This document shows, one piece after another, positions 16,383 through 26,481 of a stretch of 54,507 nt of DNA. Source of the DNA: a virus (taxonomy: Duplodnaviria > Caudoviricetes); the IMG/VR virus record IMGVR_UViG_3300020045_002715, positions 1 to 54,507 of that record. One strand, written 5' to 3'. Made by a program: the position numbers and the translations under genes. How positions within the stretch are numbered: the stretch's first letter is position 1; each line of letters begins with the position of its first letter. The notes beneath the pieces are model-generated. The model was not told the DNA's origin. It did not search any database and worked only from the letters and a program-made list of their open reading frames with translations.

Positions 16383-18641
16383 ATGGAATTCGGCAAGCCG
16401 CAATATGGAATCGGGGATGAGGAGCGGCGCATTGAGCGCCTTGAATCGTTTGCCGAGTCATTGACTGCAAAACGCAAAGCGGCTGTCGAGGGGCGCAAAA
16501 CTTCGGACTGTGAGACGGAGTGGTCCGAGGATGAAGAATACTATGACGGCGTTGATGATCTAAATCGCGGCGAGGTCATGCGCAAATCGGAAACGCTCAA
16601 TGGGCGCGCTACGACTATTGCAGAGATTCCGAGCAATCGCTGTACCGTATTCGTTAATGTGACGCAGCCGTATGTTGATATGGCTGTCGCTCGCTGCACC
16701 GAAATGTTATTGCCGAATGACGATCTTCCGTTCGGTATCTCGCCTACGCCAATGCCTGACATGATCGAAGCGAAGAACGACTCGCAGACCATGATTACAG
16801 CGGCAGATGGCACCACTATGCCCGCCTCCGAGGTTGCAACCGCAATGCTCGCGCAAGCCGCAACGGCTGCTGAGGGCGCGCAAAAACAAATATGGGACTG
16901 GCTGTCTGAGGCTGGTTGGCATTCGGAAGGCCGAAAGATTCTAGAAGACGCTGGTAAAGTCGGCGTCGCTATTCTCAAAGGCCCGATGCCTTGCCGAGTT
17001 AAAGGTAAGCGCATGAACCGTGAGATTCTAGAGGATGGTTCGTCTAAAACGACTATCGTTATCTCAGAGAAGACGCAGCCGACTTCTAAGCGCATCAGCT
17101 ATTGGGATTTTTACCCTGACCCAGCATGCGGCGAGGATATCCAGAATGGCGCATATGTTTGGGAGCGTGATCGCATCACCGCTAAACAGTTGCGGGATAT
17201 GAAGGGTGAGCTTGATGCAGATGGCAACCCTCGCTATATCAACTCGCAGATTGACACGATTCTTAAAGAAGGCCCGGCAGAGAAGTATTTGAAAGATCGC
17301 GATTGCGAGAAGGCCGACACGGACAAGTTCGAGATTTGGTACTACACCGGCATTGCTGAGCATGAGGATTTAGCTGCGGCAGGTATGGAGGTTGACGAGG
17401 GCGTTTCGTATCCAGTAGTGGTTACGATGGTCAATGACCACGTTATCAAGGCTGCGCTGAACGTGCTTGATTCGGGCGAGTTTCCGTATGACGCGATGGT
17501 ATGGCAGCGCCGGCCGGGCAAATGGTATGGCAAGGGCGTAGCTCGCCAGGTTCGCACCGCACAGCGCATGCTGAACGCTGCCACGCGCAATATGTTCGAC
17601 AACGCCGGTCTGAGTGCTGGTCCTATTCTGGTCATCCGGGAGGGCGTTCTAGAGCCTGCTGATGGCACTTGGGAACTGACGCCGCGCAAGGTGTTCACGG
17701 TCAAAGAGGATGAGGACGTGGCGAAAGTCGCGGATGCCATTCATTCGATCATCGTCCCGAGCAATCAGGCCGAGCTGATGAACATCATCGCTAAGGTCGA
17801 GGAATGGGCCGAGAAAATCACGTCCATGCCGCTGATTATGCAGGGCCAGCAGGGCGCGGCTACTGAGACTGTAGGCGGCATGGCGATGCTGCAAAACAAT
17901 GCTAGCTCCGTGCTGCGCCGCATTGCTAAGATTTTTGATGACAAGATCACTGTCCCGCACATTAACCGCTATTACGAGTGGTTGCTGCTGTACGGCGAGG
18001 ACGAGGCTGTAAAGGGCGATTTCCGCATCATTGCGCATGGCTCGACGGCGCTGTATGAGCGTGACGCACAGAATCAAGCGATTATCCAGATGGCTCCGTT
18101 GGTGCAAAACCCAGCGTTCGGCATCAATCCAAAGAAGTGGATTGAAGAAGCGTTCAAGGCGCAGAAACTCGACCCTAAACGCTTCCAATACACTGAAGAC
18201 GAAGCGAAGAAAATGGAGGAGGCCGCTAAGCAGAATCCTCCTGAAGACCCGCAAGTGACTGTTGCCAAAGCACGCGGTGAAATGGAACTGGCTAAGGTCA
18301 AGGCGCAGAACGAGGCCGATGCAGAGAAGTTTAAAGCCGAGCAGGCCGCAATGGAAGCTGACCGCACCTATAAAACGACTGAAGCAGAAAAAGACCGGGC
18401 GCTTCAATTGGAATTGAAACAGATGGATTACCAAATGCGCCTGATGGAGTATGCAGAGAAAAAGAACATGCAACTCGCAGACGTAAAAACGGAATTGGCT
18501 AAAAACGTGATGGATATTAGCGCGCAGAAGGAAGTTTTCTATGCCGGCCTGAATCAAGGTGAAGGGGCCGCTCCAGAGATTGCGCAGCCTGAGTTTGAGC
18601 CTGCTGGGCAAGCTCCAGATGGCCAGGCTTACCAACTTTGA
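16383..18641 (+). CDS. Portal protein (P22-like, long C-terminal coiled coil)
   Basis: 752 aa after TerL; WDFYPDP, WYGKGVA..QRMLNAATRNMFDN, TETVGGMAML; C-terminal helical barrel. Confidence 0.85.
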   Translation: MEFGKPQYGIGDEERRIERLESFAESLTAKRKAAVEGRKTSDCETEWSEDEEYYDGVDDLNRGEVMRKSETLNGRATTIAEIPSNRCTVFVNVTQPYVDMAVARCTEMLLPNDDLPFGISPTPMPDMIEAKNDSQTMITAADGTTMPASEVATAMLAQAATAAEGAQKQIWDWLSEAGWHSEGRKILEDAGKVGVAILKGPMPCRVKGKRMNREILEDGSSKTTIVISEKTQPTSKRISYWDFYPDPACGEDIQNGAYVWERDRITAKQLRDMKGELDADGNPRYINSQIDTILKEGPAEKYLKDRDCEKADTDKFEIWYYTGIAEHEDLAAAGMEVDEGVSYPVVVTMVNDHVIKAALNVLDSGEFPYDAMVWQRRPGKWYGKGVARQVRTAQRMLNAATRNMFDNAGLSAGPILVIREGVLEPADGTWELTPRKVFTVKEDEDVAKVADAIHSIIVPSNQAELMNIIAKVEEWAEKITSMPLIMQGQQGAATETVGGMAMLQNNASSVLRRIAKIFDDKITVPHINRYYEWLLLYGEDEAVKGDFRIIAHGSTALYERDAQNQAIIQMAPLVQNPAFGINPKKWIEEAFKAQKLDPKRFQYTEDEAKKMEEAAKQNPPEDPQVTVAKARGEMELAKVKAQNEADAEKFKAEQAAMEADRTYKTTEAEKDRALQLELKQMDYQMRLMEYAEKKNMQLADVKTELAKNVMDISAQKEVFYAGLNQGEGAAPEIAQPEFEPAGQAPDGQAYQL

Positions 18642-18643
18642 CA

Positions 18644-18847
18644 ATGGCTAAATTATCGCACCACGACCTTAACAGCGCCGCCTGGAACCATGTAAAGCGG
18701 CACGTTGATTCACAGATTGAGAGGCACCGCACTGAGTTGGAGAAAACCAGCCGTAGCCATGAAGATACCATGGTAGTGCGAGGACAGATTAAAGCCTTGC
18801 GCTTGCTCCTGAAAGAAATGGAGCTTGGCGCAGCAGGCGACGAATAG
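18644..18847 (+). CDS. Small conserved post-portal protein
   Basis: WNHVKRHV..LEK..TMVVRGQIKALRLLL pattern typical between portal and scaffold. Confidence 0.7.
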   Translation: MAKLSHHDLNSAAWNHVKRHVDSQIERHRTELEKTSRSHEDTMVVRGQIKALRLLLKEMELGAAGDE

Positions 18848-18945
18848 TACCGGCCGGCCATTAGTGACTGGTCAATAGTGACAAACAACTGCTTGCGGCT
18901 GTTTGTCGTAGGGCCTAGAAATAGGCATCTGATGGGAGTTAAAAC

Positions 18946-19959
18946 GTGGCAAGAGATAACACAGAGGTAGATAACGTAGGAGTTTCTGAGCAGGACGCAG
19001 AGGACGCTTTCAATGCAGGTATGCGGAAAATTGTGGGTGATCGAGCGCCCGCAGCTACCGAGCCTGAGAAGAAAGACGACGATGCACAGGATGGCGGCGA
19101 GGACGATAAGCAGGATGATAAAGGGAATGCTCAAAAGGCGGAACCGGATGCTCCAGCAGATGAATCCAAAGCAAAGCCAGCCGATGCCGCTAAGGATGTA
19201 AAGGCTAGTAAAGCCGACAAGTCCAAAGAGGAACCTGTAAAAGAAGAACGCGAGTTCGCTGGGTTGAAAGAATCGGAATGGAAGGCGATTGCAGTTAAAG
19301 CCGCTCAATTCGATGAACTCAACGCCAAAATGACGAAACTGAGCGATACAACCGCTGGCACGATTGGTAGTCTGAAGCAAGCCGTAAAGGCAATGCAGGA
19401 CAAGCCCGCATCTGCTGGAAAACCGCTCAAAGTCGTCAAAGAACAGCTTAAACGATTGACCGCTGATTTCCCGGAGCTGGCCGAAAGACTAGCTGAAGAC
19501 CTGAGCGAGGTGTTGATGCCTGATGCAGGCACAGCCGCAGCCAAGTTGGACCCGGAAGAAGTCAACAAGATCGTAGAGGCCAAGCTAGCTGATTTCAAAT
19601 TCCGTTCTGACGTTCAGCGCCTCGACACGCTGCACGGCGACCGAAAAGAAATCATCGCTTCTAACGACTACAAGGTTTGGTTTGGCCTGCAACCTGTCCA
19701 CGTACAGGATGCAATCAAAACCAGCCGTGAAGTGGATTTCGTGTCATCGGCATTAACTGCTTTCAAAACTTGGCGCGACAGAACAGCCCAAGGTCCGGCT
19801 GTTGCTGCGGATGCTGGTAAAGCAGCCAAGCAACGCGACAAACGGCTTGATAACGCAATCGTCCCTAGCGGTACGGCTGCGGATCAAGGCAAAAAAGTAT
19901 TAACCGCTGAAGATGCATTTGAGGCGGGTTTGAAAAAAGCGCGGGGCAACCGCAGGTAA
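18946..19959 (+). CDS. Capsid scaffolding protein
   Basis: Acidic, helical, low-complexity; between portal and capsid; AEDAF motif at both termini. Confidence 0.75.
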   Translation: MARDNTEVDNVGVSEQDAEDAFNAGMRKIVGDRAPAATEPEKKDDDAQDGGEDDKQDDKGNAQKAEPDAPADESKAKPADAAKDVKASKADKSKEEPVKEEREFAGLKESEWKAIAVKAAQFDELNAKMTKLSDTTAGTIGSLKQAVKAMQDKPASAGKPLKVVKEQLKRLTADFPELAERLAEDLSEVLMPDAGTAAAKLDPEEVNKIVEAKLADFKFRSDVQRLDTLHGDRKEIIASNDYKVWFGLQPVHVQDAIKTSREVDFVSSALTAFKTWRDRTAQGPAVAADAGKAAKQRDKRLDNAIVPSGTAADQGKKVLTAEDAFEAGLKKARGNRR

Positions 19960-19981
19960 ATTCTCTTAAAGGAAATGAATC

Positions 19982-21016
19982 ATGGGTATCCAAACCTACA
20001 ACGATCCGGTTGGCCGGATTAACAAGATGGCCGGTGAGATTATCGGCCACGCAATGAACACCGAAGTGCTTGCGATCGCTTGCGATGACAAGAAAATGCC
20101 GAAGAACAAATCGGAAACGATCATTTTCCGTTCGTGGGTTCCCTACGGCGGTACTGTCGCTCAACCGAACGTGTTCAACGTCTCGGCTGCGCAGCACATC
20201 GTTACCGAAGGTGTGACGCCTAACGCCGATACCATCGTTCCGCGTGATGTCACTTTCGTGCTGAATCAGTACGCATGCCTGTACGCTCTGACTGACAAAG
20301 AGAATGACATCTACGAGGATGACATTCCTGAAGCGATGAAAGAGCAAGTCGGCGAGCGCATGGGTCTGGTGCGTGAAAAGGCTCTGTACGGTGGCATGAA
20401 GGCAGCTACGAACAAGTTTTATTCGGGCGGCACCTCGCGCACTACCGTGGCCGGCAAGATCACCGAGAAGTTCATGCAGCAAATGGTTCGCTCGCTGGAT
20501 AAAAACCACGCGAAAAAACTGCGTCCTGCACTCGGCGGTTCGGGTGATTACGGTTCGGCGCAAGTCGAGGCATCGTACATCGCTTTCTGTCACACCGATT
20601 GCACGCAAGATATCCGCGCGCTGCCAGGCTTCAAAGAAACCGCGATCTACGGTCAGCGCTCGGTCATCAACGAAAACGAACTCGGTTCGTGGCAGAACGT
20701 GCGCTTTATCGTATCGGCCGATCTGGACCCGTACGCTGATGCCGGCGCCGCTGTTGCTGGTCTTGGCCTCGCATCGAGTACCGGCACCTCTGCGGACGTG
20801 TTCCCGGTCATCGTGGTGGCGAAACAGGCTTACGGCCAAGTCACTCTGCGCGGCATGAACGCAATCGACCCAACCTACATCCCGACCAGCGAGAAATCGG
20901 CTGCTGACCCACTGGGCCAGCGCGGCTACATCGGTGCGAAGTTCTGGCACACGTCGGGCGTGCTGAACCCTGGCTGGATCGCAGTTGGTGAAGCCGCTGT
21001 ATCCGATCTGCAATAA
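19982..21016 (+). CDS. Major capsid protein (N4-gp56-like family)
   Basis: MPKNKSETIIFR, TEGVTP, ENELGS..VRFI, DPLGQRGYIGAKFW. Confidence 0.9.
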   Translation: MGIQTYNDPVGRINKMAGEIIGHAMNTEVLAIACDDKKMPKNKSETIIFRSWVPYGGTVAQPNVFNVSAAQHIVTEGVTPNADTIVPRDVTFVLNQYACLYALTDKENDIYEDDIPEAMKEQVGERMGLVREKALYGGMKAATNKFYSGGTSRTTVAGKITEKFMQQMVRSLDKNHAKKLRPALGGSGDYGSAQVEASYIAFCHTDCTQDIRALPGFKETAIYGQRSVINENELGSWQNVRFIVSADLDPYADAGAAVAGLGLASSTGTSADVFPVIVVAKQAYGQVTLRGMNAIDPTYIPTSEKSAADPLGQRGYIGAKFWHTSGVLNPGWIAVGEAAVSDLQ

Positions 21017-21025
21017 TCAATGAAT

Positions 21026-21045
21026 GGGGGCTGAAATATGCCCCC
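21026..21045 (+). terminator. Hairpin after the capsid gene
   Basis: GGGGGC...GCCCCC; weak U-tail. Confidence 0.4.
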
Positions 21046-21074
21046 TAATCAAACACACGTAAAGGAAACAAATC

Positions 21075-21542
21075 ATGAGCAACAATCGTGCAACCGTTCC
21101 AGAGTTTGGCGGCACCGTCAACTTGGGCAAACCGGGCCTTGCTGAAGGCACCAACGCCAACACCATCAAGACCGTTGCGGCTACCAACTACGCCATCAAC
21201 GGCCTGATGTACACCAAGGCGGTCACTGACAACATCGCTATGACCGCTGCGGCTACCCAGCCAGAACTTACCACTTGCCTGTACGTGGTTGGTGCTAACG
21301 CTGCTGGCACCGTGTCCATCGTCAAGGGCATTGAGCAACTGACCGCTGATCTGGTATCGGGCGCCAAGGTGCTGCAATTCCCTACTGGCCGCTCGCCGCT
21401 GGTCTGCCCACTGGGCTACTTCAAAGTGGTTACTGCTGCGGCTACCACGTTCACCTCCGGTACTACCGACCTTTCCGCCTCTGGCGTAACGGCTACGTAT
21501 CAAGACGTGTTCCAACTGCCACCGGCACCGCTGCTGTCGTAA
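21075..21542 (+). CDS. Putative capsid decoration/structural protein
   Basis: Ala/Thr/Gly-rich beta protein just after the capsid gene. Confidence 0.6.
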   Translation: MSNNRATVPEFGGTVNLGKPGLAEGTNANTIKTVAATNYAINGLMYTKAVTDNIAMTAAATQPELTTCLYVVGANAAGTVSIVKGIEQLTADLVSGAKVLQFPTGRSPLVCPLGYFKVVTAAATTFTSGTTDLSASGVTATYQDVFQLPPAPLLS

Positions 21543-21602
21543 TACAAAGGGGGAGCCTACTGGTTCTCCCGATTCTATAAATATCAGATAAAAGGAATCA
21601 TC

Positions 21603-22100
21603 ATGGCTCTCCTCTTTCACCGTATCAAAGAACTCACCGTAGATTACGATCTGCGCTTGGGTGAAGACGCTTGTTTCCATGTGCAAAAGCCTGTTGCGCT
21701 GGTTATCTCGCAAATTCTGAACGCTCGCAAACATAGCGGTAAAAGCCTGCTGATGGATAAATCAGGCGCGGCGCTGACTTTCACGCTGCCACGCGCTACC
21801 GGTAGCGGCCGCAAATTCATGCTGTTGGTTGGCACCGTGAATACTTCGGGCTATATCGTCAAATCGTCGGCTGGTGCTGACGTGATGAAAGGCTCTGTCG
21901 TTATGGCTGGTGCAACGCCAACCTCGTTCGCGGCGGCTTCGACTAGCGATACCGTTACGCTCAACGGCACCACTACTGGCGGCGTTTCGGTAGGCGACTT
22001 TGTCGAATTTACCGACCTGAAAGCAAATGTTTGGGCGGTTCGCGCTGTACTGACATTTAGCGGCACGGCAGCTACCCCATTTAGCGATACGGTAGCGTAA
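21603..22100 (+). CDS. Putative virion structural protein
   Basis: TLPRATGSG..TVTLNGTTTGG..ATPFS. Confidence 0.6.
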   Translation: MALLFHRIKELTVDYDLRLGEDACFHVQKPVALVISQILNARKHSGKSLLMDKSGAALTFTLPRATGSGRKFMLLVGTVNTSGYIVKSSAGADVMKGSVVMAGATPTSFAAASTSDTVTLNGTTTGGVSVGDFVEFTDLKANVWAVRAVLTFSGTAATPFSDTVA

Positions 22101-22154
22101 AATGTAGCAAGCGGGGATTAATTCCCCGCATCAAAAACATAGGAGAAACAAAAC

Positions 22155-22640
22155 ATGTCCCGTATTTCTAGCCGTAATTCCATTGATACCGATAGCGAGA
22201 AAATCGGCCAAGTGCAAACGCATATCATCCCATCGACTGGCGATCTTGACCGTGATGAGTTCAAAAGCGATTTCGCCACTGTTGATACTCCAGTCGGTAG
22301 CGCGCACTTTCAAGAACTGATGTTCATGGAAGAAATCGTTCAGATCATCATTCCGTTCGGCTCCAACCCTGAAACGGAAGAGCAGTTCATCGACGTTGGT
22401 AACACTGGCGTGCGCCAATTCATCCAGCGCGGCGAACCGCAGTATGTGAAGCGCAAATTTGTTGAAGTGCTGGCCCGCGCCAAGCGTGAGAAAATCTCGA
22501 CGCCTGAGTTCACCGACGCGACCGGCGCCCGTACTACCAAGATCGTTCGCACCCCAGCGCTGATCCATGGCTTCCAAGTGATCGAGGATAAAAACCCGAA
22601 CGGTGCGGCATGGCTGCGTCGTATCCTGTCCGAGGCGTAA
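22155..22640 (+). CDS. Conserved hypothetical head-module protein
   Basis: AGGAG RBS; IQRGEPQYVKRKFVEVLARAK. Confidence 0.65.
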   Translation: MSRISSRNSIDTDSEKIGQVQTHIIPSTGDLDRDEFKSDFATVDTPVGSAHFQELMFMEEIVQIIIPFGSNPETEEQFIDVGNTGVRQFIQRGEPQYVKRKFVEVLARAKREKISTPEFTDATGARTTKIVRTPALIHGFQVIEDKNPNGAAWLRRILSEA

Positions 22641-22643
22641 CAC

Positions 22644-23327
22644 ATGACCACATTTCTCCAACTGTGCCAAGCTGTTCGGCAAGAGGCCGGCATATCGGGC
22701 ACTGGCCCTACATCGGTCCTCAATCAGACAGGGGAAATGAAGCGCGTTGTCGATTGGGTCGCACGCGCTTACCGTGACGTGCAAAACCTCCACCGTAATT
22801 GGGACTTTCTGCTGAGCGACTTCACGTTCCCCACCATCGTTGGCAATCAGGAATACACGCCGGAAGCGGTAAGTCTGCCTGAGCATCAAACTTGGAAAAC
22901 GGACTCATTCCGCATTTTTGAGAACGCACGCGGCTGGGATGATGAAGTCTGGCTCCGCTATTACCCGTGGCAGGATTTCCGCGATATCTATATCCGCAGC
23001 GGGAACCGTGATGCAACCGGCCGGCCGCTCGCGTGGACGATCCGCCCGACCGATAGCGCTGTCGTTCTGTGGCCCCTTCCTGATGTCGCGTACACCATTG
23101 TCGGTGAGTATTACAAGCGTGCGCAGGTAATGGACGGTAATGACACCTCGCCTATTTTCCCGCAGCAGTTCCATGATGTGCTGATGTGGCGCGCTCTGAC
23201 ATTCTATGGAGGATTTGAAAGCGCCGGCGAAGTCTACACGCTGGCAAAGAGTGAATACGGCGATACGCTAAGTAAGCTGCGCCGCGACCAACTTCCACAA
23301 ATTACCGTAGGCGGCTCCATCGTATGA
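22644..23327 (+). CDS. Head-tail adaptor (tail tubular protein A-like)
   Basis: MTTFLQLCQAVRQEAG..WDFL..LWPLPD..FPQQFHDVLMWRAL. Confidence 0.75.
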   Translation: MTTFLQLCQAVRQEAGISGTGPTSVLNQTGEMKRVVDWVARAYRDVQNLHRNWDFLLSDFTFPTIVGNQEYTPEAVSLPEHQTWKTDSFRIFENARGWDDEVWLRYYPWQDFRDIYIRSGNRDATGRPLAWTIRPTDSAVVLWPLPDVAYTIVGEYYKRAQVMDGNDTSPIFPQQFHDVLMWRALTFYGGFESAGEVYTLAKSEYGDTLSKLRRDQLPQITVGGSIV

Positions 23328-25399
23328 TCCCACAATTGCCGAACGTTCAGATTCAACAGGATTACGTCAAGTTCGGCGGCGGTCTGGATTTGGTCACGCC
23401 TGTGCTATCGCTAAGTGGTGGTAGCTGCCTCGACGCGATGAATTACGAACCGGACATTTTCGGTGGGTATCGTCGCATTGATGGCTATGAGCGCTACAGC
23501 GGTAAAGCTTCGCCATCGGCCGCTGTCTATTCGTATCTGGAATATACGCCATCTGGAACGATTGCTGTAGGCGATACGATAACTGGTGCAATCTCCTTTG
23601 CTACAGCCGTTGTTTGCCTCGTTAGTAACGGCGTGTTGGCTGTTACTAAACTTACTGGGTCATTTGCTGGAGGCGAAACTATTAACATTTCAGGCTCTCC
23701 AGTTGGGACTCTGATTACTGGTGATATTGCTCGCGGCTATCAAGATGGCGAGAATGATGCTATTGCCCTCTCTGCTGCTGCCGATGTCTACCGAGCAAAC
23801 ATTTCTGCTGTTCCTGGCTCCGGCCCTGTTATCGGCGGGTTTATCCTGAATGGCACTGTCTACGCCATCCGCAACAACGTTGGAGCCACAGCCGCAGTAA
23901 TGTACAGCGCACAGCCTACGGGCTGGACGATTGTCAACCTCGGGCGCGAGCTTGCATTCACGTCTGGCGGTACGTATGAGGTAAAGCAGGGTGACACGAT
24001 TACGGGCGTCACTTCTGGCGCAACTGCGGTTGTTACTCGCGTGTCACTGCAAACAGGTAATTTCCCAGGTGGTTCGGCGGCCGGCGTCATCAATTTCCTG
24101 GTGCAAACTGGTACGTTCGTAGCTGAAAATCTAAACGTTGGCGCGAACCTGAACATAGCGACGATTGCGGGTAACAGTGCTGCGATTACCATGTTACCTA
24201 ATGGCCGTCTTGAGACAGTGAATTACAACTTCTCAGCTAGCCTGACGAACTTGCGCACATATGGCGCTGACGGTGTTAATAAAGCGTTTGAGTTCGATGG
24301 AACGATCTTTTCGCGCATTACTACAGGCATGACTGTTGATACGCCAACGCATGTACTGGCGGCTAATAAAATGCTGTTCCTATCGTTTAATGGATCGTTG
24401 CAAAATTCGGGTATCACCACGCCTCATATTTGGACCGCCTCAACTGGTGCGGCTGAATTGGGAATCGGCGACACGATTACTAATCTTGCGTCATCGCCAG
24501 GCGGTTCTGTTCTGATTACCTCGCGCAATAAAACCAGCCTGCTGACCGGTTCAAGCGTTTCAGATTTCAAGCTCGATTCAGTATCCGATAATATCGGCGG
24601 CATTCCTTATACGCTGCAAGGCTTCACGCCGCAAGGGTCGCAAGACGCGGTGCTATTCCTTGATGATGCAGGTGTTGCGCAACTGAACCGAACCAACGCA
24701 TATGGTAACTACTTGGGTGGATATATAAGTGATATGGCGCGGCCAGTCATTGAAGCTATTCAAGCAAAGGCGAACGCCTCGTTGGTCTACAAAAGCCGCA
24801 AGCAGTACCGAATCTACGGGAATGACGGCAGCGGCATCATGCTATGCCTGATCCCAATGAATGGCGGCGTTCAGACTGCAATTACCACGCTGCAATATCC
24901 GCATAATGTGCGCTGTACGTTCTCGGGCGAGGATTCGACAGGAAAGGACGTGCTGTTCTTCGGTGACGATAATGGATTCGTGTACCAGCTTGACAAAGGA
25001 TCAAGCTTTGACGGGCTGGAAATTGAATCGTATTTACGTATGCCGTTCAACAATACCAAATCGCCACGCATCCGTAAGCGCTATCGCAAGGCTGTAATGG
25101 AAATGGCGGCAAGCGGATATGTTGCCATTCAGTTTGTCCCTGAATTCAACTACGGTGATGTGGATATCGCATCGCACAGGGCGCTGGATGCGATCATTCA
25201 AGGCGCAGGCGGCTATTGGGATCAAGCAACATGGAATCTGTTCTTTTGGGACGCTCGCACGGTGGCATCGCCAGAATTCGACCTTCAGGGAACTGGAATC
25301 AATGTTTCCATGCTGTTCTACAGCAAAACAAAGTATGATTTGGGTCACGTACTGCAAGGCGTGATTTTCCACTACACGCCGCGCAGGCTGCAACGATAA
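23324..25399 (+). CDS. Tail nozzle/stabilisation protein (tail tubular B, P22 gp10-like)
   Basis: FGGGLDL N-terminus, beta-propeller-like content, SPRIRKRYRK C-terminus; position after the adaptor. Confidence 0.75.
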   Translation: MIPQLPNVQIQQDYVKFGGGLDLVTPVLSLSGGSCLDAMNYEPDIFGGYRRIDGYERYSGKASPSAAVYSYLEYTPSGTIAVGDTITGAISFATAVVCLVSNGVLAVTKLTGSFAGGETINISGSPVGTLITGDIARGYQDGENDAIALSAAADVYRANISAVPGSGPVIGGFILNGTVYAIRNNVGATAAVMYSAQPTGWTIVNLGRELAFTSGGTYEVKQGDTITGVTSGATAVVTRVSLQTGNFPGGSAAGVINFLVQTGTFVAENLNVGANLNIATIAGNSAAITMLPNGRLETVNYNFSASLTNLRTYGADGVNKAFEFDGTIFSRITTGMTVDTPTHVLAANKMLFLSFNGSLQNSGITTPHIWTASTGAAELGIGDTITNLASSPGGSVLITSRNKTSLLTGSSVSDFKLDSVSDNIGGIPYTLQGFTPQGSQDAVLFLDDAGVAQLNRTNAYGNYLGGYISDMARPVIEAIQAKANASLVYKSRKQYRIYGNDGSGIMLCLIPMNGGVQTAITTLQYPHNVRCTFSGEDSTGKDVLFFGDDNGFVYQLDKGSSFDGLEIESYLRMPFNNTKSPRIRKRYRKAVMEMAASGYVAIQFVPEFNYGDVDIASHRALDAIIQGAGGYWDQATWNLFFWDARTVASPEFDLQGTGINVSMLFYSKTKYDLGHVLQGVIFHYTPRRLQR

Positions 25400-25412
25400 T
25401 AGAGGTGAAGCC

Positions 25413-26477
25413 TTGAGTTCTTTTAATCCACCAAATCCGCTTGGCCCTTTGACCAAGGCCCGCAGCATTGATATCAACGCATTGACTGACTCAATTGCTG
25501 CGGCATTTATGGTACTACCAAGCGAGGCTAGTCTCAATAATGGTAGCATTAATTTTGTTACTGATATTGGAATGCCTAGCGCCCTAGTTATCACTTCTCT
25601 CGGCCCTAATATTAACAGCCTGTCAGATGGAATGTCAGTAGTGGTGCGAGTAGCAAATGCTGCGTCCGGGCCATCTACGATAGCCATCAGTGCTTTCCCC
25701 ATCAAGCAGATACGTTCTTTTGACGGCTCGCCAATTGCTGCGGGTGATTTTGTTGCAGGCCAACTTATCACTCTTAGGTACGATTCCGTAAAAGACTGGT
25801 TTCAATTTAATCCTTCATCGTCTGCTGCCGCAATTGCAGCAGCTTCGCAGGCAGCAGATTCCGCATCTGCTGCGGCAGCAAGCGCAATTGCAGCGCAAGG
25901 TGTGCAGCTAACTGGGACGAGTGCAACATCAGTGTTTATTGATACTGGAAGCAAAGTTTTCACGACTCAAGCAGGCAAACAATGGCCTATTAATGTCCCT
26001 ATTATTGCAGTCAATTCTTTTGACCCAACAAAATTCATGGCTGGTACGGTAGCAGCATATTCTGGTACATCACTTACAATCGGTGTTACCAGCGTAGGAG
26101 GACTTGCTGAAACGTACACTAGCTGGAATATTTCCACTGCTGGCGTACGTGGGGCACCAGGAACAACAGCAAGTAACACGCAATTCCCAGTTATTCCAGT
26201 TGCTGCGTTGAACCTTGATTTGTCTCTAGGCAATTACTTCACAAAGACCATTGCGGGGAATTCGACATTTACTTTTTCAAATGTTCCGGCACAAGGATTT
26301 AGTTTCACGTTGCGATTGACTCACACCAGCGGCGTTATCACGTTCCCAGCTAACGTGTATCCGCGCGATGGTGTGATACCAACACTGACTCCAGGAAAGG
26401 TGCATATCTTCGTTCTTGTAACTGATGATACCGGTACTATCTGGCATCTTGGCGTCAACCCTAACTACGCAAGCTAA
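25413..26477 (+). CDS. Tail fibre protein
   Basis: Ala-rich hinge; DLSLGNYFTKTIAGNSTFTFSNVP C-terminal fibre-type domain; TTG start. Confidence 0.7.
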   Translation: MSSFNPPNPLGPLTKARSIDINALTDSIAAAFMVLPSEASLNNGSINFVTDIGMPSALVITSLGPNINSLSDGMSVVVRVANAASGPSTIAISAFPIKQIRSFDGSPIAAGDFVAGQLITLRYDSVKDWFQFNPSSSAAAIAAASQAADSASAAAASAIAAQGVQLTGTSATSVFIDTGSKVFTTQAGKQWPINVPIIAVNSFDPTKFMAGTVAAYSGTSLTIGVTSVGGLAETYTSWNISTAGVRGAPGTTASNTQFPVIPVAALNLDLSLGNYFTKTIAGNSTFTFSNVPAQGFSFTLRLTHTSGVITFPANVYPRDGVIPTLTPGKVHIFVLVTDDTGTIWHLGVNPNYAS

Positions 26478-26481
26478 TCTA

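Noticed and set aside
17649-21013. Long antisense ORFs (17649-18644, 18517-19380, 19865-21013)
   Set aside because: Shadow frames of the strongly codon-biased portal, scaffold and capsid genes; no recognisable motifs.
26425-26481. Programmed frameshift fusing the tail fibre to the glycine-rich gene
   Set aside because: No slippery heptamer seen; a separate ATG at 26482 follows the stop by 4 bp.
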